Source: an uncultured Candidatus Rokubacteria bacterium (GTDB taxonomy: Bacteria > Methylomirabilota > Methylomirabilia > Rokubacteriales > DASRDR01). Taken from it: a stretch of DNA of 64,000 nucleotides. The stretch is taken from assembly GCA_963826115.1 (NCBI GenBank), contig CAWGVS010000006.1:1-64000 (forward strand), given 5' to 3'. Of this stretch, positions 39,336 to 49,034 are shown one piece after another. A program made the translations under genes and the position numbers. Positions within the stretch are counted from its first letter, which is position 1, and each line of letters opens with the position of its first letter. The notes beneath the pieces are model-generated. The model was not told where the DNA came from. It did not search any database and saw nothing but the letters and a program-made list of their open reading frames with translations.

Positions 39336-39734
39336 ATGGACGATGTGACAGGCGTGGAATATCGGCGTGTTGGGCTCGTATGGCTTCTCAGCGCATGGAC
39401 GGCTGCGGCCGGGTGCGCCATTCCGGTCCGGACCAACGGGGAAGAACGAGCGGGCCCGGCCGCCTTCGCCGTCTACGCGCTCTCGCGAGGCCGAGGCGTT
39501 CCCGAGGCGACCTCGCGCGCGTGGCACGCGGCGTGGACGTTGCTCGAGGATGCCCGGCGAGAGGGCAAGGTCGCGCAGCTCCAGCAAACCCGCATCGGTC
39601 TCGAGGGCGAGATCCGCCTGTGCGCCGAGTTCTCGGACGCGGCGCGCGCGCGGGAGCTCCTGGAACGCGTGCGGGAGATCGGGAAAGGGGTCGATTTGCT
39701 CAATGTGGTCGAGGAGCCATGTTCGAGGCAGTGA
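39336..39734 (+). CDS. Hypothetical lipoprotein
   Basis: Hydrophobic stretch ending AAGC; co-oriented with the protease gene. Confidence 0.6.
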   Translation: MDDVTGVEYRRVGLVWLLSAWTAAAGCAIPVRTNGEERAGPAAFAVYALSRGRGVPEATSRAWHAAWTLLEDARREGKVAQLQQTRIGLEGEIRLCAEFSDAARARELLERVREIGKGVDLLNVVEEPCSRQ

Positions 39735-39761
39735 TATCCGGCCGCACAAAGGAGAACGGTC

Positions 39762-41108
39762 ATGCATAAGCGCGCTCGATCCACGTGGGTAGTGCTCGCG
39801 TGCGTCCTCGGTCTGACGGTGTTCGGCTGTCAGGCCATGCGGAGCGGCGGCTCCAAGATCCAGCCGGCCATGGGGACCGCCGTGCAGGCGACGCCCGAGG
39901 CGATCGAAGAGGCGCGCGCCGAGGTCTTGAGGAAAGACCGGGCCCAGCGCGCCGTGTGGGCGACCAAGACCTTCGAAGAGTTCGAGCGGTCCGTCTACAA
40001 GGAACCGTTTCCGGGGGGCAAGTACATAGTCAACGGCGACATCGCCATCTCGGATCGCAAGCAGCTCAAGGAGTTCTTCGAGACGAGCATCAAGCAGGAG
40101 CCGCCGCAAACCCAGCCGGGGCGGCTGATCGTCCAGCATTCGGGGGTCGACGCGGTCTGGAACAGCACCCAAAAGAAGCAGATCACGTACTGTGTGAGCA
40201 CGACCTTCGGCACTCGCCGCGCGAGCGTCGTGAGCGCCATGCAGGCGGCGACCGGCGCGTGGTCGCAGGTGGCCGACGTCGCCTACGTGTACGTCGCGTC
40301 CCAGGACACCACCTGCACCCCGAATAACGCGAACGTCGTGTTCGACGTCAACCCCGTCAACGTGAACGGCGAGTACCTCGCCCGAGCCTTCTTTCCCAAC
40401 GAGCCTCGGGCGGTGCGCAATGTGCTGATCGACGAGACGGCATTCCAGCTCGACCCGAGCGGCAAGCTGACGCTCGTCGGCATTCTTCGCCATGAACTCG
40501 GACACACCCTGGGCTGGCGGCACGAGCACACGCGCCCGGAGTCCGGCACCTGTTTCGAGGACAACGAGTGGCGGCCCCTGACGTCATACGACAGCTTTTC
40601 CGTCATGCACTATCCGCAGTGCAATGGCGCCGGGGACTGGTCGCTCACCCTCACCAACTTCGACAAGAATGGCGCCGCGTGCCTCTATGGGGCGGCGCCC
40701 GGGTTCGTGATGGATCCCAGCCTCGTGGTGAGTCCGGGGGCCTGTCAGGTCGCGGGCACGCCCACCACGCCGCCGGGGTGCGGACAGCAGCAAGTCAAGA
40801 CACTCAACGATCAGCGGGTGGCGAACGGCGAGGAGAAGTCGTACCCCGCCTTCACCGTCTCGCCCGGAAGCCGCTTCGAGGTCAAGATGATCGGCGACGG
40901 CACCGCGCCGGGCGATCCTGATCTGTACGTCCAGTTCGGCCAGGCCCCGACGCGTGTCGCGAACGGCTACGCGTGCCGGCCCTTCGTCAGCGGGCCATCG
41001 GAGGGTTGCGCGCTCGACGTCCCGGCAGGGAAGACGACCGCCTTTGTCATGGTGCACGGCTACACCGCGGGTGCCTACGATCTGACCGTCACCTACACCG
41101 GTCCCTAG
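39762..41108 (+). CDS. Secreted zinc metalloprotease (M57/matrixin-like) with C-terminal PPC domain
   Basis: 'YIVNGDI', 'ARAFFP', HELGHTLGWRH, 'SVMHY', PPC 'GDPDLYV..G.AP'. Confidence 0.88.
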   Translation: MHKRARSTWVVLACVLGLTVFGCQAMRSGGSKIQPAMGTAVQATPEAIEEARAEVLRKDRAQRAVWATKTFEEFERSVYKEPFPGGKYIVNGDIAISDRKQLKEFFETSIKQEPPQTQPGRLIVQHSGVDAVWNSTQKKQITYCVSTTFGTRRASVVSAMQAATGAWSQVADVAYVYVASQDTTCTPNNANVVFDVNPVNVNGEYLARAFFPNEPRAVRNVLIDETAFQLDPSGKLTLVGILRHELGHTLGWRHEHTRPESGTCFEDNEWRPLTSYDSFSVMHYPQCNGAGDWSLTLTNFDKNGAACLYGAAPGFVMDPSLVVSPGACQVAGTPTTPPGCGQQQVKTLNDQRVANGEEKSYPAFTVSPGSRFEVKMIGDGTAPGDPDLYVQFGQAPTRVANGYACRPFVSGPSEGCALDVPAGKTTAFVMVHGYTAGAYDLTVTYTGP

Positions 41109-41158
41109 GCGCGTCGGCTCGGTGGCGCAACGGGCGTTCGGGAGGGAGTGACACTCGC

Positions 41159-42655
41159 ATGCCGATCCGTTTCCTCCCGAACGACCCGTTCGCGCTCGCG
41201 CTCGTTCCGCCACGAGAGCAGCCGCCTCGACCGGATCCAAATGTCCGGCAGGTCGGCTTCAGCTACACCGCGGCGATCCCGGAAGCGGTCTATCCGGTCG
41301 ACAGCGCCGAGTTTCGATTCTGGCAGTGTCGAGAAGCCGCCTTGGCCACGCTCGAGGCCTGGGCGGCGCTGGCGCCGCCGCTCCAGGCCTGGCAGAACGG
41401 CCAGCGGCTGCTTCCGCTGGTGCACGACGCCGGACGAGGGCTCAACGCCCACTACGACCGCGCGGCCGTGGCATTTTTCGGCTGGGAAACCGCCGCTCGG
41501 AGCACCTATCCGGCGGCCAGCACCGACGCGGTGGCGCACGAGGTCGGGCATGCGCTCCTCGACGCCGCCCGCCCCGAGCTGTGGGCGAGCGTGTATCCGG
41601 AGCCGGCCGCGTTTCACGAAGCCTTCGCGGATTGCATGGCCCTACTCGTGAGTCTCTTCGACGCGGGGCCGCGTCAGGCTCTGCTCCAGGGCGGTGGGCA
41701 TCTGCGAGTCGCGAACTTCCTCGAGACCCTGGCCGAGGACGTGGCCGAAGGCGTGCGACTCGAGAATCCCAATGACCCCCAGTCGCTGCCCCGCCGCGCC
41801 TTGAACACGCTCCAGTGGGAGATCCCGGTGACCCTGCCGCCGGCTGGCCTTCCCGCGGCTCTCACGTCGGAGCCGCACAGCTACAGCCGCATCTTCACCG
41901 GCTGCTTCTACGACGCCGTCTGCAACATCTTCGCGGGCCAGCCGGCTCAGGATGAACAGGGGCTTCTCGCGGCGGCGCAGACGGCGGGTCGGCTGCTGAT
42001 CGCCGGCGCTCAGGGCGCGCCTGAGGTCCCGCGTTTCTTCCAAGCCGTAGGCCGCGCCATGATGCTCGCCGACGAGACTGCGAGCGGGGGCGCCCATCAC
42101 GCGGCCATTCGCGACGCGTTCGCCGGTCACCAGATCGCGATCGGGAGCACGGTGATGCTGGCCCCGACGTCGGGGCTGGCCGGCCCCGCGCCCGCCGTGG
42201 ATGCGGCGACCGGGACGGCACGCCTTCCCGCCGTCGCCGTTCGCGATCTCCTGACGCGCATCGGCGCCCCGCGCGGCCGGCTGACCGTGACCGCCCACAA
42301 GGTCGGCGGCCAAGCCGTCGCCAAGGCCATCCATCGACGCGACATCGCCCTGGGGAAGCTCGATCGACGCCTCAAGGGAGTCGTCGTGCCCGCCGTCGAG
42401 TCTGTGCTCGTCGGTGCCAGCGCCGCACGAGCCGTCGTCTTGGGTCACCTGCCGAATGCGCACACGACCCTCGACGAGGTCCATCACTTCGTCGGAACGT
42501 TGCTGGAGCATGGCGCCATCGTCATGTCGACTGCCAAGCGCCCGAGGACACGGAAGACCGCGGCGCCCTACAGGGCACTCCTGCCGACTCACAGGCTCCA
42601 GACGCGCGGCAGCAAGAAGGTCCTCCAGCGCGTGCGTTTTTCGTGTGGCCCGTGA
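41159..42655 (+). CDS. M4/M36-like (gluzincin) metallopeptidase
   Basis: 'LNAHYDR', 'DAVAHEVGHALLD', 'AFHEAFAD', 'EPHSYS'. Confidence 0.8.
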   Translation: MPIRFLPNDPFALALVPPREQPPRPDPNVRQVGFSYTAAIPEAVYPVDSAEFRFWQCREAALATLEAWAALAPPLQAWQNGQRLLPLVHDAGRGLNAHYDRAAVAFFGWETAARSTYPAASTDAVAHEVGHALLDAARPELWASVYPEPAAFHEAFADCMALLVSLFDAGPRQALLQGGGHLRVANFLETLAEDVAEGVRLENPNDPQSLPRRALNTLQWEIPVTLPPAGLPAALTSEPHSYSRIFTGCFYDAVCNIFAGQPAQDEQGLLAAAQTAGRLLIAGAQGAPEVPRFFQAVGRAMMLADETASGGAHHAAIRDAFAGHQIAIGSTVMLAPTSGLAGPAPAVDAATGTARLPAVAVRDLLTRIGAPRGRLTVTAHKVGGQAVAKAIHRRDIALGKLDRRLKGVVVPAVESVLVGASAARAVVLGHLPNAHTTLDEVHHFVGTLLEHGAIVMSTAKRPRTRKTAAPYRALLPTHRLQTRGSKKVLQRVRFSCGP

Positions 42656-42795
42656 TCAGCCGACGGCATCCCGGGACCCGACCTAACCAGCGTGTTGTCG
42701 CGATGCGTGGCCCGCGCGCCGCCGAGACACGGCCCAGAAGGCGCCTTCGCTGAGCCAATCGACCGATCCCGTGGAGAGCCGAGGTACGCTCAGAA

Positions 42796-42933
42796 TCGGC
42801 GACCAATTGGCGCCGAGCTAGCCGAACTGCCCCGACCCGGGACGATCAGGGCCACCTGGCTCTTCGCTGAGATGTCGCTCGCTGACGTCGTCTGGGATCG
42901 CGCCGAAGCCCGACGCATTCGAGCACGCAATCA
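42796..42933 (+). repeat. Orphan att arm without tRNA core
   Basis: tcggcgaccaa-ttggcgccga followed by arm-like sequence; gtcgtctgggatcg lies at the same offset (71 nt) as gtcgactgagatcg in junction 6. Confidence 0.6.
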
Positions 42934-42984
42934 GCGGCCCCGTCAATCCGAGACGCTACGGGCCGAGACGCTACGGGGACTTCA

Positions 42985-43872
42985 CTAGTGGTCGGCGGCA
43001 CGAGAGACGAGATCATGCCAGCTGCCGGAAGGCGTCCAGCCGAGTTCCCGGCGAGCGCGCTCATTGTCGTAGGGGCTGGCGCGTGGATTCTGACGGTAGA
43101 TCTCCGGTTTCCGGATCTCGGGAAGGGTGCCGTACACGTCGTGGAGATGATCGAGCGTCGGCCGTGGCTCGAACGTGTCGTCGGCTGTAATGAGGTAGGT
43201 GGCGAAGGCGGGGCCTGCCCGCTCGAGCGCCAGCCGGACCGCAAACGCGACGTCCCAAGGTGCGACGTACGAACGCAATAGCGGGATCGGCTCCGGGGGG
43301 TGAGCAGGATCGCCCGGAGACCCGAGACCATCCACCAGGCGTGCCACGATGTCCGGGAACATGATCCACGCGGGCCGAAGGCACGTGAAGGCCATCGGGC
43401 CGCGGCGGGCGAAGCTGTGCGCGATGTCTTCGCCGAGTTGCTTGCTGAGGCCGTAGGGCTGCGTGGGGCGGAGTGGGTGATCTTCGTCGATCGGGAGGTA
43501 CAAGGGCGGCCGGGTGGGGTTCGTGTGGTCGATCCCGAATGCCGAGACGCTGCTGCAGAGGACGACCCGCTGCACGCCATTCGACTGCGCTGCGTCGATC
43601 ACGTTCCAGGTGCCGCGGACGTTCGTCTCGAAGACGGTCGCCGGGGGGGCCGGGACCGACGCGTCAATCGCCGCCAGGTGAACGATCGCGTGCACACCCC
43701 GCAAGACGCGCTGGAGGTCCGGCAGATCGAGGATGTCGATGGGGAGGTCCGGCGCGATGTGGGTCTGGGCGAGGTCGAGAGTGGTCACGCGGTAGTGGGG
43801 CCGGAGCGCGGCGACGACGAACCGTCCGAGCCGCCCTGTCCCTCCGGTGACGAGCACGTGTTCGATCTGCAC
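42985..43872 (-). CDS. NAD-dependent epimerase/dehydratase
   Basis: TGGTGRLG, 'VHLAA', YGLSK. Confidence 0.88.
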   Translation of the reverse strand: MQIEHVLVTGGTGRLGRFVVAALRPHYRVTTLDLAQTHIAPDLPIDILDLPDLQRVLRGVHAIVHLAAIDASVPAPPATVFETNVRGTWNVIDAAQSNGVQRVVLCSSVSAFGIDHTNPTRPPLYLPIDEDHPLRPTQPYGLSKQLGEDIAHSFARRGPMAFTCLRPAWIMFPDIVARLVDGLGSPGDPAHPPEPIPLLRSYVAPWDVAFAVRLALERAGPAFATYLITADDTFEPRPTLDHLHDVYGTLPEIRKPEIYRQNPRASPYDNERARRELGWTPSGSWHDLVSRAADH

Positions 43873-44247
43873 TGTGATCTCCGGCACGAGAGTATGTGGT
43901 GGGAGAACTCGGGCTCTCAATAACCAATGGCTCGAAGATATGGGCAGCGACAGCTTCGGGCAAGAGCATCGTCGATGGCAGTGGCGGGGGAGTTGTCTGT
44001 TCCATCACTTCCACGCCGCTCGTAGCACGCTCCGTTGAAGAGGCTACCCTTTGGCGACCAACCTCTTGCGATTCCTACCGACCTCGTCCAGCCCCACCCC
44101 ACGACGGGCCGCTGCAGCGGACGAGCATGGCGGGCACGCCGAGCAGGTCCTGTGCTCAATCCTTGGGGCAATCCCGCGTCAATCGCGGACGCGTGGCCGG
44201 TCCGACTTGCCAACTTCGGCCAGCCAGCGCTCGATCGGGTCTCGACC

Positions 44248-45261
44248 TCAGCGCCCGCGTTGCATGGTCTTCTCCCAGAAGCGGATGGCGTCGGCCATCC
44301 ATCCTTGGGCACTCGTGCCTGTACCGAGCCCGAAGCCATGGCCGAGATTTACGAACTTGTGATACTCGACCAGCGTACCGGCCTTGCGAAGGGCCGCGAT
44401 CCGCCGCTCCATGCTCGACGCGGGCGCAATCACATCTTGGTCACCGACGACGACAAAGGTCGGAGGCTCATCGGACGAATAGTCTGAGTGAGCGGTGTAC
44501 GCCATCACGACGGCGGACGGTCTTGGAAGGTCGTCACCCCCAAACCCTAAAACACCCTGCGAAGCGATTGCAGCCGCCATCCTCGCGCCCGCCGAACTAC
44601 CCCACACCGAATAGTCCTTGGTGCTGACTCCGAGCGTACCTGCACTCCTGAAGATATAGGAGATGGCTGCCGCCATGTCCTCGGTGGCCGCCGCGCTGCC
44701 ATGGCCGGCCCGGTATTTCAGGACGAAGGCGTTGTATCCATTCCGGCTGATCTCCACTGCATGGGGGAAGCCTTCGTGGACGGAGCCCACGTAGGAGAAC
44801 CCGCCACCCGGGGCGACAACGGCAAACGGCGCTCCGGCCTTTCCGCGGAAGAAGAACAACCCCGTATGTTCTTTCGATGGCTCTGCCCGCTTCTGCGCCT
44901 CGGCGTAGAAATCAAAGAACATGGTCGTGCCCCTGTTCACATCGTCGATCATGTGATTCAAGGCACCCACCACGACGTCCGGACTCACATGGCTGTGATA
45001 CGGCAGCAGCGAGCCGATGTTGCTCAGCCGCGTGTCTTGATCATGGGCGCGATCGTCCCAGGGCAGTATCAACCGCCCATGACCTGCGAACGCCGGATGA
45101 TTCAGGACGTCCCGGATACGGCTGGCCACGCTCAGGTGGCCGTCGGTCACCATCTCACTCGCGACACCACGGGAGAGGACACCCTCGCTCTTTCCAGCCT
45201 CCGCAAGCGAAGCCATGGATAGCAGCGATAGCGCCCAGCCAGTGGTTCTGAGGAGATCCAT
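44248..45261 (-). CDS. Secreted alpha/beta hydrolase (esterase)
   Basis: 'PGGGFSY', GSSAG nucleophile motif, 'GHGFGLG'. Confidence 0.88.
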   Translation of the reverse strand: MDLLRTTGWALSLLSMASLAEAGKSEGVLSRGVASEMVTDGHLSVASRIRDVLNHPAFAGHGRLILPWDDRAHDQDTRLSNIGSLLPYHSHVSPDVVVGALNHMIDDVNRGTTMFFDFYAEAQKRAEPSKEHTGLFFFRGKAGAPFAVVAPGGGFSYVGSVHEGFPHAVEISRNGYNAFVLKYRAGHGSAAATEDMAAAISYIFRSAGTLGVSTKDYSVWGSSAGARMAAAIASQGVLGFGGDDLPRPSAVVMAYTAHSDYSSDEPPTFVVVGDQDVIAPASSMERRIAALRKAGTLVEYHKFVNLGHGFGLGTGTSAQGWMADAIRFWEKTMQRGR

Positions 45262-45570
45262 TCTCCTAATTGTGGACCCTTGTCCCGGCCGCCGCCAACG
45301 TGATGGCGGTGAACCTGCCTCGGTTGCTCGGTCGTGCGCGGCGGAACGCAGGCGATCCTCGCCACGGCCCTCGGGCTACGCCTCCCGGGGCGCCGGCCCG
45401 CCCTTTGACCGCCGCCGGAACCATAGCGCGGCTCCGCCGGGGCCGGTCAAAACGGCTGGAGCTCATGACCGCTTCCGCCTATACCGGACGAGGCGGGACT
45501 TGACTGATGTCCCCATCGAAGGCGGCGGGCCCGAGCGTCGCGAGGAGCCGTCGCACCGCGTGCGGGTCCG

Positions 45571-46674
45571 TCACCGCCCCCGGGATCCGGCGCGGGCCGC
45601 CGCGGCGCGCCGGCGGGAAGGGCGCGAGGCCTTGCCTGCGCGTCGTCCCCCAGCCGTAGCAAGTCTCTTCCGCGCCAGCGCGGCGCCCTCCGCCAGGGCT
45701 TTCAGCTTGGCGAGGGCGACCTCGCGCGCCATCGGCGCCATGCCGCAGTTGGTGCACGGGAACAGGTGCTTCGCCGGCACGTACTTCAGCGCCCGCCGGA
45801 TGGTCGCCGCGACCTCCTGCGGCGTTTCGACGTCGTCGGAGGCGACGTCGATCACCCCGACCAGCACGTCCTTGCCCTTGAGCAGTCCCAGCAGCTCGAC
45901 CGGCACCTTGGAGTGAATGCATTCCAGCGAGATCTGGTCGACCTTGCTCTTCGCCAGCGCCGGGAAGATCTCCTCGTACTGGCGCCATTCGCCGCCGAGG
46001 GTCTGTTTCCAGTCGAGGTTGGCCTTGATGCCGTAGCCGTAGCAGATGTGCACGACGGTCGTGCACTTGAGACCGGCGATCGCGCGGTGTACCGCGGCGA
46101 TGCCCCATTTCTTCACGTCTTCCATGTAGACGTTGAACGCCGGCTCGTCGAGCTGGATCACGTCGACGCCGTCCTTCTCCAGCGCGCGCGCCTCCTGGTT
46201 GAGCAGCTCGGCGAACGCCATCGCCAGCTTCACCTTGTCGCCGTAATGGCGATCGGCGATGGTGTCGACGATGGTCATCGGCCCCGGCATGGTGATCTTC
46301 ACCTTGTGCGTCGTGTTGCTGCGCAGCAGGGCGGCGTCCTTCTGGTGGACGCGCCCCTTCAGCCGCAGCGGCGCGACTACCACCGGCACCATGGCGTCGT
46401 AGCGGTTGTTGCGGATCCCCATCTTCACCTTGTGCTCGAAGTCGATGCCCTCGACGTACTCGAGGAAGCCGTGCACGAAGTGCTGCCGCGACTGCTCGCC
46501 GTCGGTGACGATGTCGATGCCGGCGACCTCCTGCTCCTTCAGCCAGAGCAGGGTGGCGTCGCGCTTGGCGCGCTCGAGCTCCTCGCCCGCGGTGCGCCAC
46601 GCCGGCCACAGCTTGTTGGTCTCGGCGAGCCAGCCGGGCTTCGGCAGACTTCCGGCGATGGTGGTTTCGAACAC
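45571..46674 (-). CDS. Cobalamin-independent methionine synthase, core catalytic domain only (MesD-like)
   Basis: 'AGSLPKP.WLAE', 'DGEQSRQHFV', 'HICYGYG', 'PCTNCGM'. Confidence 0.88.
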   Translation of the reverse strand: MFETTIAGSLPKPGWLAETNKLWPAWRTAGEELERAKRDATLLWLKEQEVAGIDIVTDGEQSRQHFVHGFLEYVEGIDFEHKVKMGIRNNRYDAMVPVVVAPLRLKGRVHQKDAALLRSNTTHKVKITMPGPMTIVDTIADRHYGDKVKLAMAFAELLNQEARALEKDGVDVIQLDEPAFNVYMEDVKKWGIAAVHRAIAGLKCTTVVHICYGYGIKANLDWKQTLGGEWRQYEEIFPALAKSKVDQISLECIHSKVPVELLGLLKGKDVLVGVIDVASDDVETPQEVAATIRRALKYVPAKHLFPCTNCGMAPMAREVALAKLKALAEGAALARKRLATAGGRRAGKASRPSRRRAAAARAGSRGR

Positions 46675-46972
46675 GGTCGGTTTTCCTCCTGGCAGGATCC
46701 GACGGCCGAGCGGTACTGTGTCTCACTCTGGCGGCCGGCTTCGTCGCGCTGGCCTGCCTCGGGGCGCTGGAGTACAGCAACCGTCTCCGTCCGGAGCGGC
46801 GACGTCAGCGGACAGAATCCGCGTACGCGTCCTCTGCTTCGCACGGTCCCCGACTGGCTTGGTTCCCCGATCGTTGCCCGCGCCTTGCTGCTGGGAGTCG
46901 TCCCGGACGCTTCTTCGTCGGTGCGGGGCGCCGAGCTGACGCCCCGCACCGACGCCCTTCCTGGGCTATGGG

Positions 46973-47392
46973 CTACTGGCTTGCGATGTTCCCGCAGAAA
47001 ACGTAGGTGTTGGCTTCCTGGGCCGACTTGTGGCCGTTGATGGCGAAGCCTTTCCGGAGATCGCCGATCTGCACGTCAATCACCGTCTCCGACTTGCCAT
47101 CGGTCAGCGTCGTGAGCCCGAAGGTCGGCTTGGGATCGATTTGCGCGCACGTCCCCTTGTGGACGTGCAGCGGCTGACCGACGCCCGCCGGCGCGCCCTT
47201 GATGTTGACGACGACCTTGGTCTTCGTCCCCGCCGCCTCCTCGCTGAGCACGGCGGTTCCCGACTCACCCGAGCTGTTCAGCGGCCCCAGCTGGACCGTG
47301 ATGGGCTCCGCCGCATTGGCCACTCCCGCTCCAACGAGTGCCAGGACGCCGACCGCTACCAGTGTCGAACCGAATGATCGAAGCATCGTCAC
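46973..47392 (-). CDS. Small secreted protein (CHRD/Cu-Zn SOD-fold-like)
   Basis: Signal peptide; 'QPLHVHKGTC', 'AINGHKS..CGNI'. Confidence 0.65.
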   Translation of the reverse strand: MTMLRSFGSTLVAVGVLALVGAGVANAAEPITVQLGPLNSSGESGTAVLSEEAAGTKTKVVVNIKGAPAGVGQPLHVHKGTCAQIDPKPTFGLTTLTDGKSETVIDVQIGDLRKGFAINGHKSAQEANTYVFCGNIASQ

Positions 47393-47641
47393 CTCCTGTG
47401 TTGTTCGACGGGACTGTCATCCCACCGACACTGGCCATGATCCCCCAGCCGTATCGCGCCCGCAAGGCCCATGTCCCTGGCCGGCGCGTCGACACCGAGC
47501 GGAAGGAGGCGGGTTCTTCGGAGCCGTCGGCCACGGGATGGATGAGCTGCCCGGGCGGCACGTCGCGAAGCGCGGCGATCGCCGGGCGGCGCTGGAGCCG
47601 ATTCCCCGGGGCGTCCGCCCGCTATCGGCGGGCGCGATCTA

Positions 47642-47824
47642 GTCTCGGGGCGTTCCGTCGAAAGCGGGCGGGGTCATGTCGACTCAGGTCGGCTGAGTAA
47701 CGCTGGGGTTCGGCATCCTCATCCGTTCGCAATCGACGGGTCATCGGTTCAAGTGGGATCGTCGGCTCCAGTCTTTCGACCACGTCCACGACGCCTCGGC
47801 CGCTGCAGCCCGATTGGTCCCCGA
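47642..47824 (+). repeat. att junction 5
   Basis: Upstream arm closely similar to that of junction 6; tRNA half 47726-47771 (4 mismatches); ttggtccccga 47814-47824. Confidence 0.85.
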
Positions 47825-47948
47825 TCGTCAGGTACGGGCACGTCCCGCGGAGCACGAGTGGTTGACGGCCGTTCGCTCCTGGATGGCTGCGAGCCATGAG
47901 GGCTCCGACTGCCTTGGACGACCGCAGGCGCGGTGGGCGGCAGGCACG

Positions 47949-47954
47949 TATAAT
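47949..47954 (+). promoter_or_regulatory. -10 box of the Tim44-domain gene
   Basis: Perfect TATAAT in GC-rich context; AGGAG RBS before ATG 47991. Confidence 0.55.
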
Positions 47955-47990
47955 GACGCCGTAGCTGTTGACCCAGATGAGGAGAGCGCA

Positions 47991-48950
47991 ATGAAGCGGT
48001 GGATCGTGATGATTGCCCTGACCAGCCTGACGGTTCTTCCGGCCCTTTGGGGCAGCGATGCGTGGGCGCGAGCGGGCGGCGGAGGCTCGAGCGGGAGCCG
48101 TGGATCGCGCAGCTATTCGGCGCCTTCCTCGCCGAGGGTTGCGCCGACGAGCCCGGCCCGCCCGAGTCCGGCGCCCCCGGCGGGCTTCCAGCAATCGCCG
48201 CAGCGGTCCGGCTGGGGGGCCGGCATCGGCGGGATGCTCGGCGGCCTCGTTCTGGGCGGCCTCATCGGTAGCCTCCTCTTCGGCGGCGCGGGGCAGATGA
48301 GCGGCGGCATCGGTCTTCTCGAGATCATGCTTGTCGCGGGGCTCGCCTACTTCGCGTTCTCATTCTTCCGCCGGCGCCAGGCCCTCACCGCGGCACCCGC
48401 GGGGTACGCCGATCCGGGCGCGATGGGCGCGGCCTGGCACCCCGAGCCCACGTCGCGGTCCACCGCGGTCCTCGAGACCCCGGCTCCGACCGCGGCGACT
48501 GATCTCGCCCGCGGCGTCGCGCACATCCGCCAGATGGACCCGGGCTTCGATCCGGCGCGCTTCGGCGAGCCGGCATCGGACGTGTTCTTCCGCGTTCAGG
48601 CGGCATGGATGGCCCGCGACGTGGGGAGCGTGCGTGCCGCGCTCACCGAGGAGATGCACGCGACGATGCAGGCCCAGTGTCACCAGCTTCGGGCACAGCG
48701 TCGCGTGAACCGGCTCGAGAACATCGCGGTGCGCTCCGTGGATGTCACCGAGGCCTGGCAGGAAGGCGGCCAGGACTTCGTGACGGTCTGCTTCCTCGCG
48801 AGCCTGCTAGACTTCACGACGGACGAAAGCGGGACCCAGTTGCTCGAGGGCAGCCGCACCGAGCCCGTCAAGTTCGAGGAGTACTGGACCTTTGCGCGTC
48901 CGGTGGGGTCCGGTCCCTGGCGGCTGTCGGCGATCCAGCAGCCCAGCTGA
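47991..48950 (+). CDS. Tim44-domain membrane protein
   Basis: 'ARAGGGGSSGSRGSRSYS', Gly-rich TM region, 'DPGFD', 'KFEEYWTFARP...W.LSAIQQ'. Confidence 0.88.
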   Translation: MKRWIVMIALTSLTVLPALWGSDAWARAGGGGSSGSRGSRSYSAPSSPRVAPTSPARPSPAPPAGFQQSPQRSGWGAGIGGMLGGLVLGGLIGSLLFGGAGQMSGGIGLLEIMLVAGLAYFAFSFFRRRQALTAAPAGYADPGAMGAAWHPEPTSRSTAVLETPAPTAATDLARGVAHIRQMDPGFDPARFGEPASDVFFRVQAAWMARDVGSVRAALTEEMHATMQAQCHQLRAQRRVNRLENIAVRSVDVTEAWQEGGQDFVTVCFLASLLDFTTDESGTQLLEGSRTEPVKFEEYWTFARPVGSGPWRLSAIQQPS

Positions 48951-49034
48951 GGCGGAGCGACCGCTACCGCTCGATTGCCTTCGGGGCGTTGCTGCCAGTG
49001 CTCACCGTCAGGGGCTTTTCCTCCGATGGCCATT

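Larger units (their letters stand above)
38652..47770. mobile_element. Unit 4 (~9.1 kb; probably composite), protease/metabolic cargo
   Basis: Lies between cores at 38607 and 47726; internal orphan arm at 42796. Confidence 0.72.

Noticed and set aside
46681-46970. SAM or cobalamin riboswitch upstream of the methionine synthase
   Set aside because: No conserved riboswitch core sequence could be recognised by eye; an Rfam scan would be needed.
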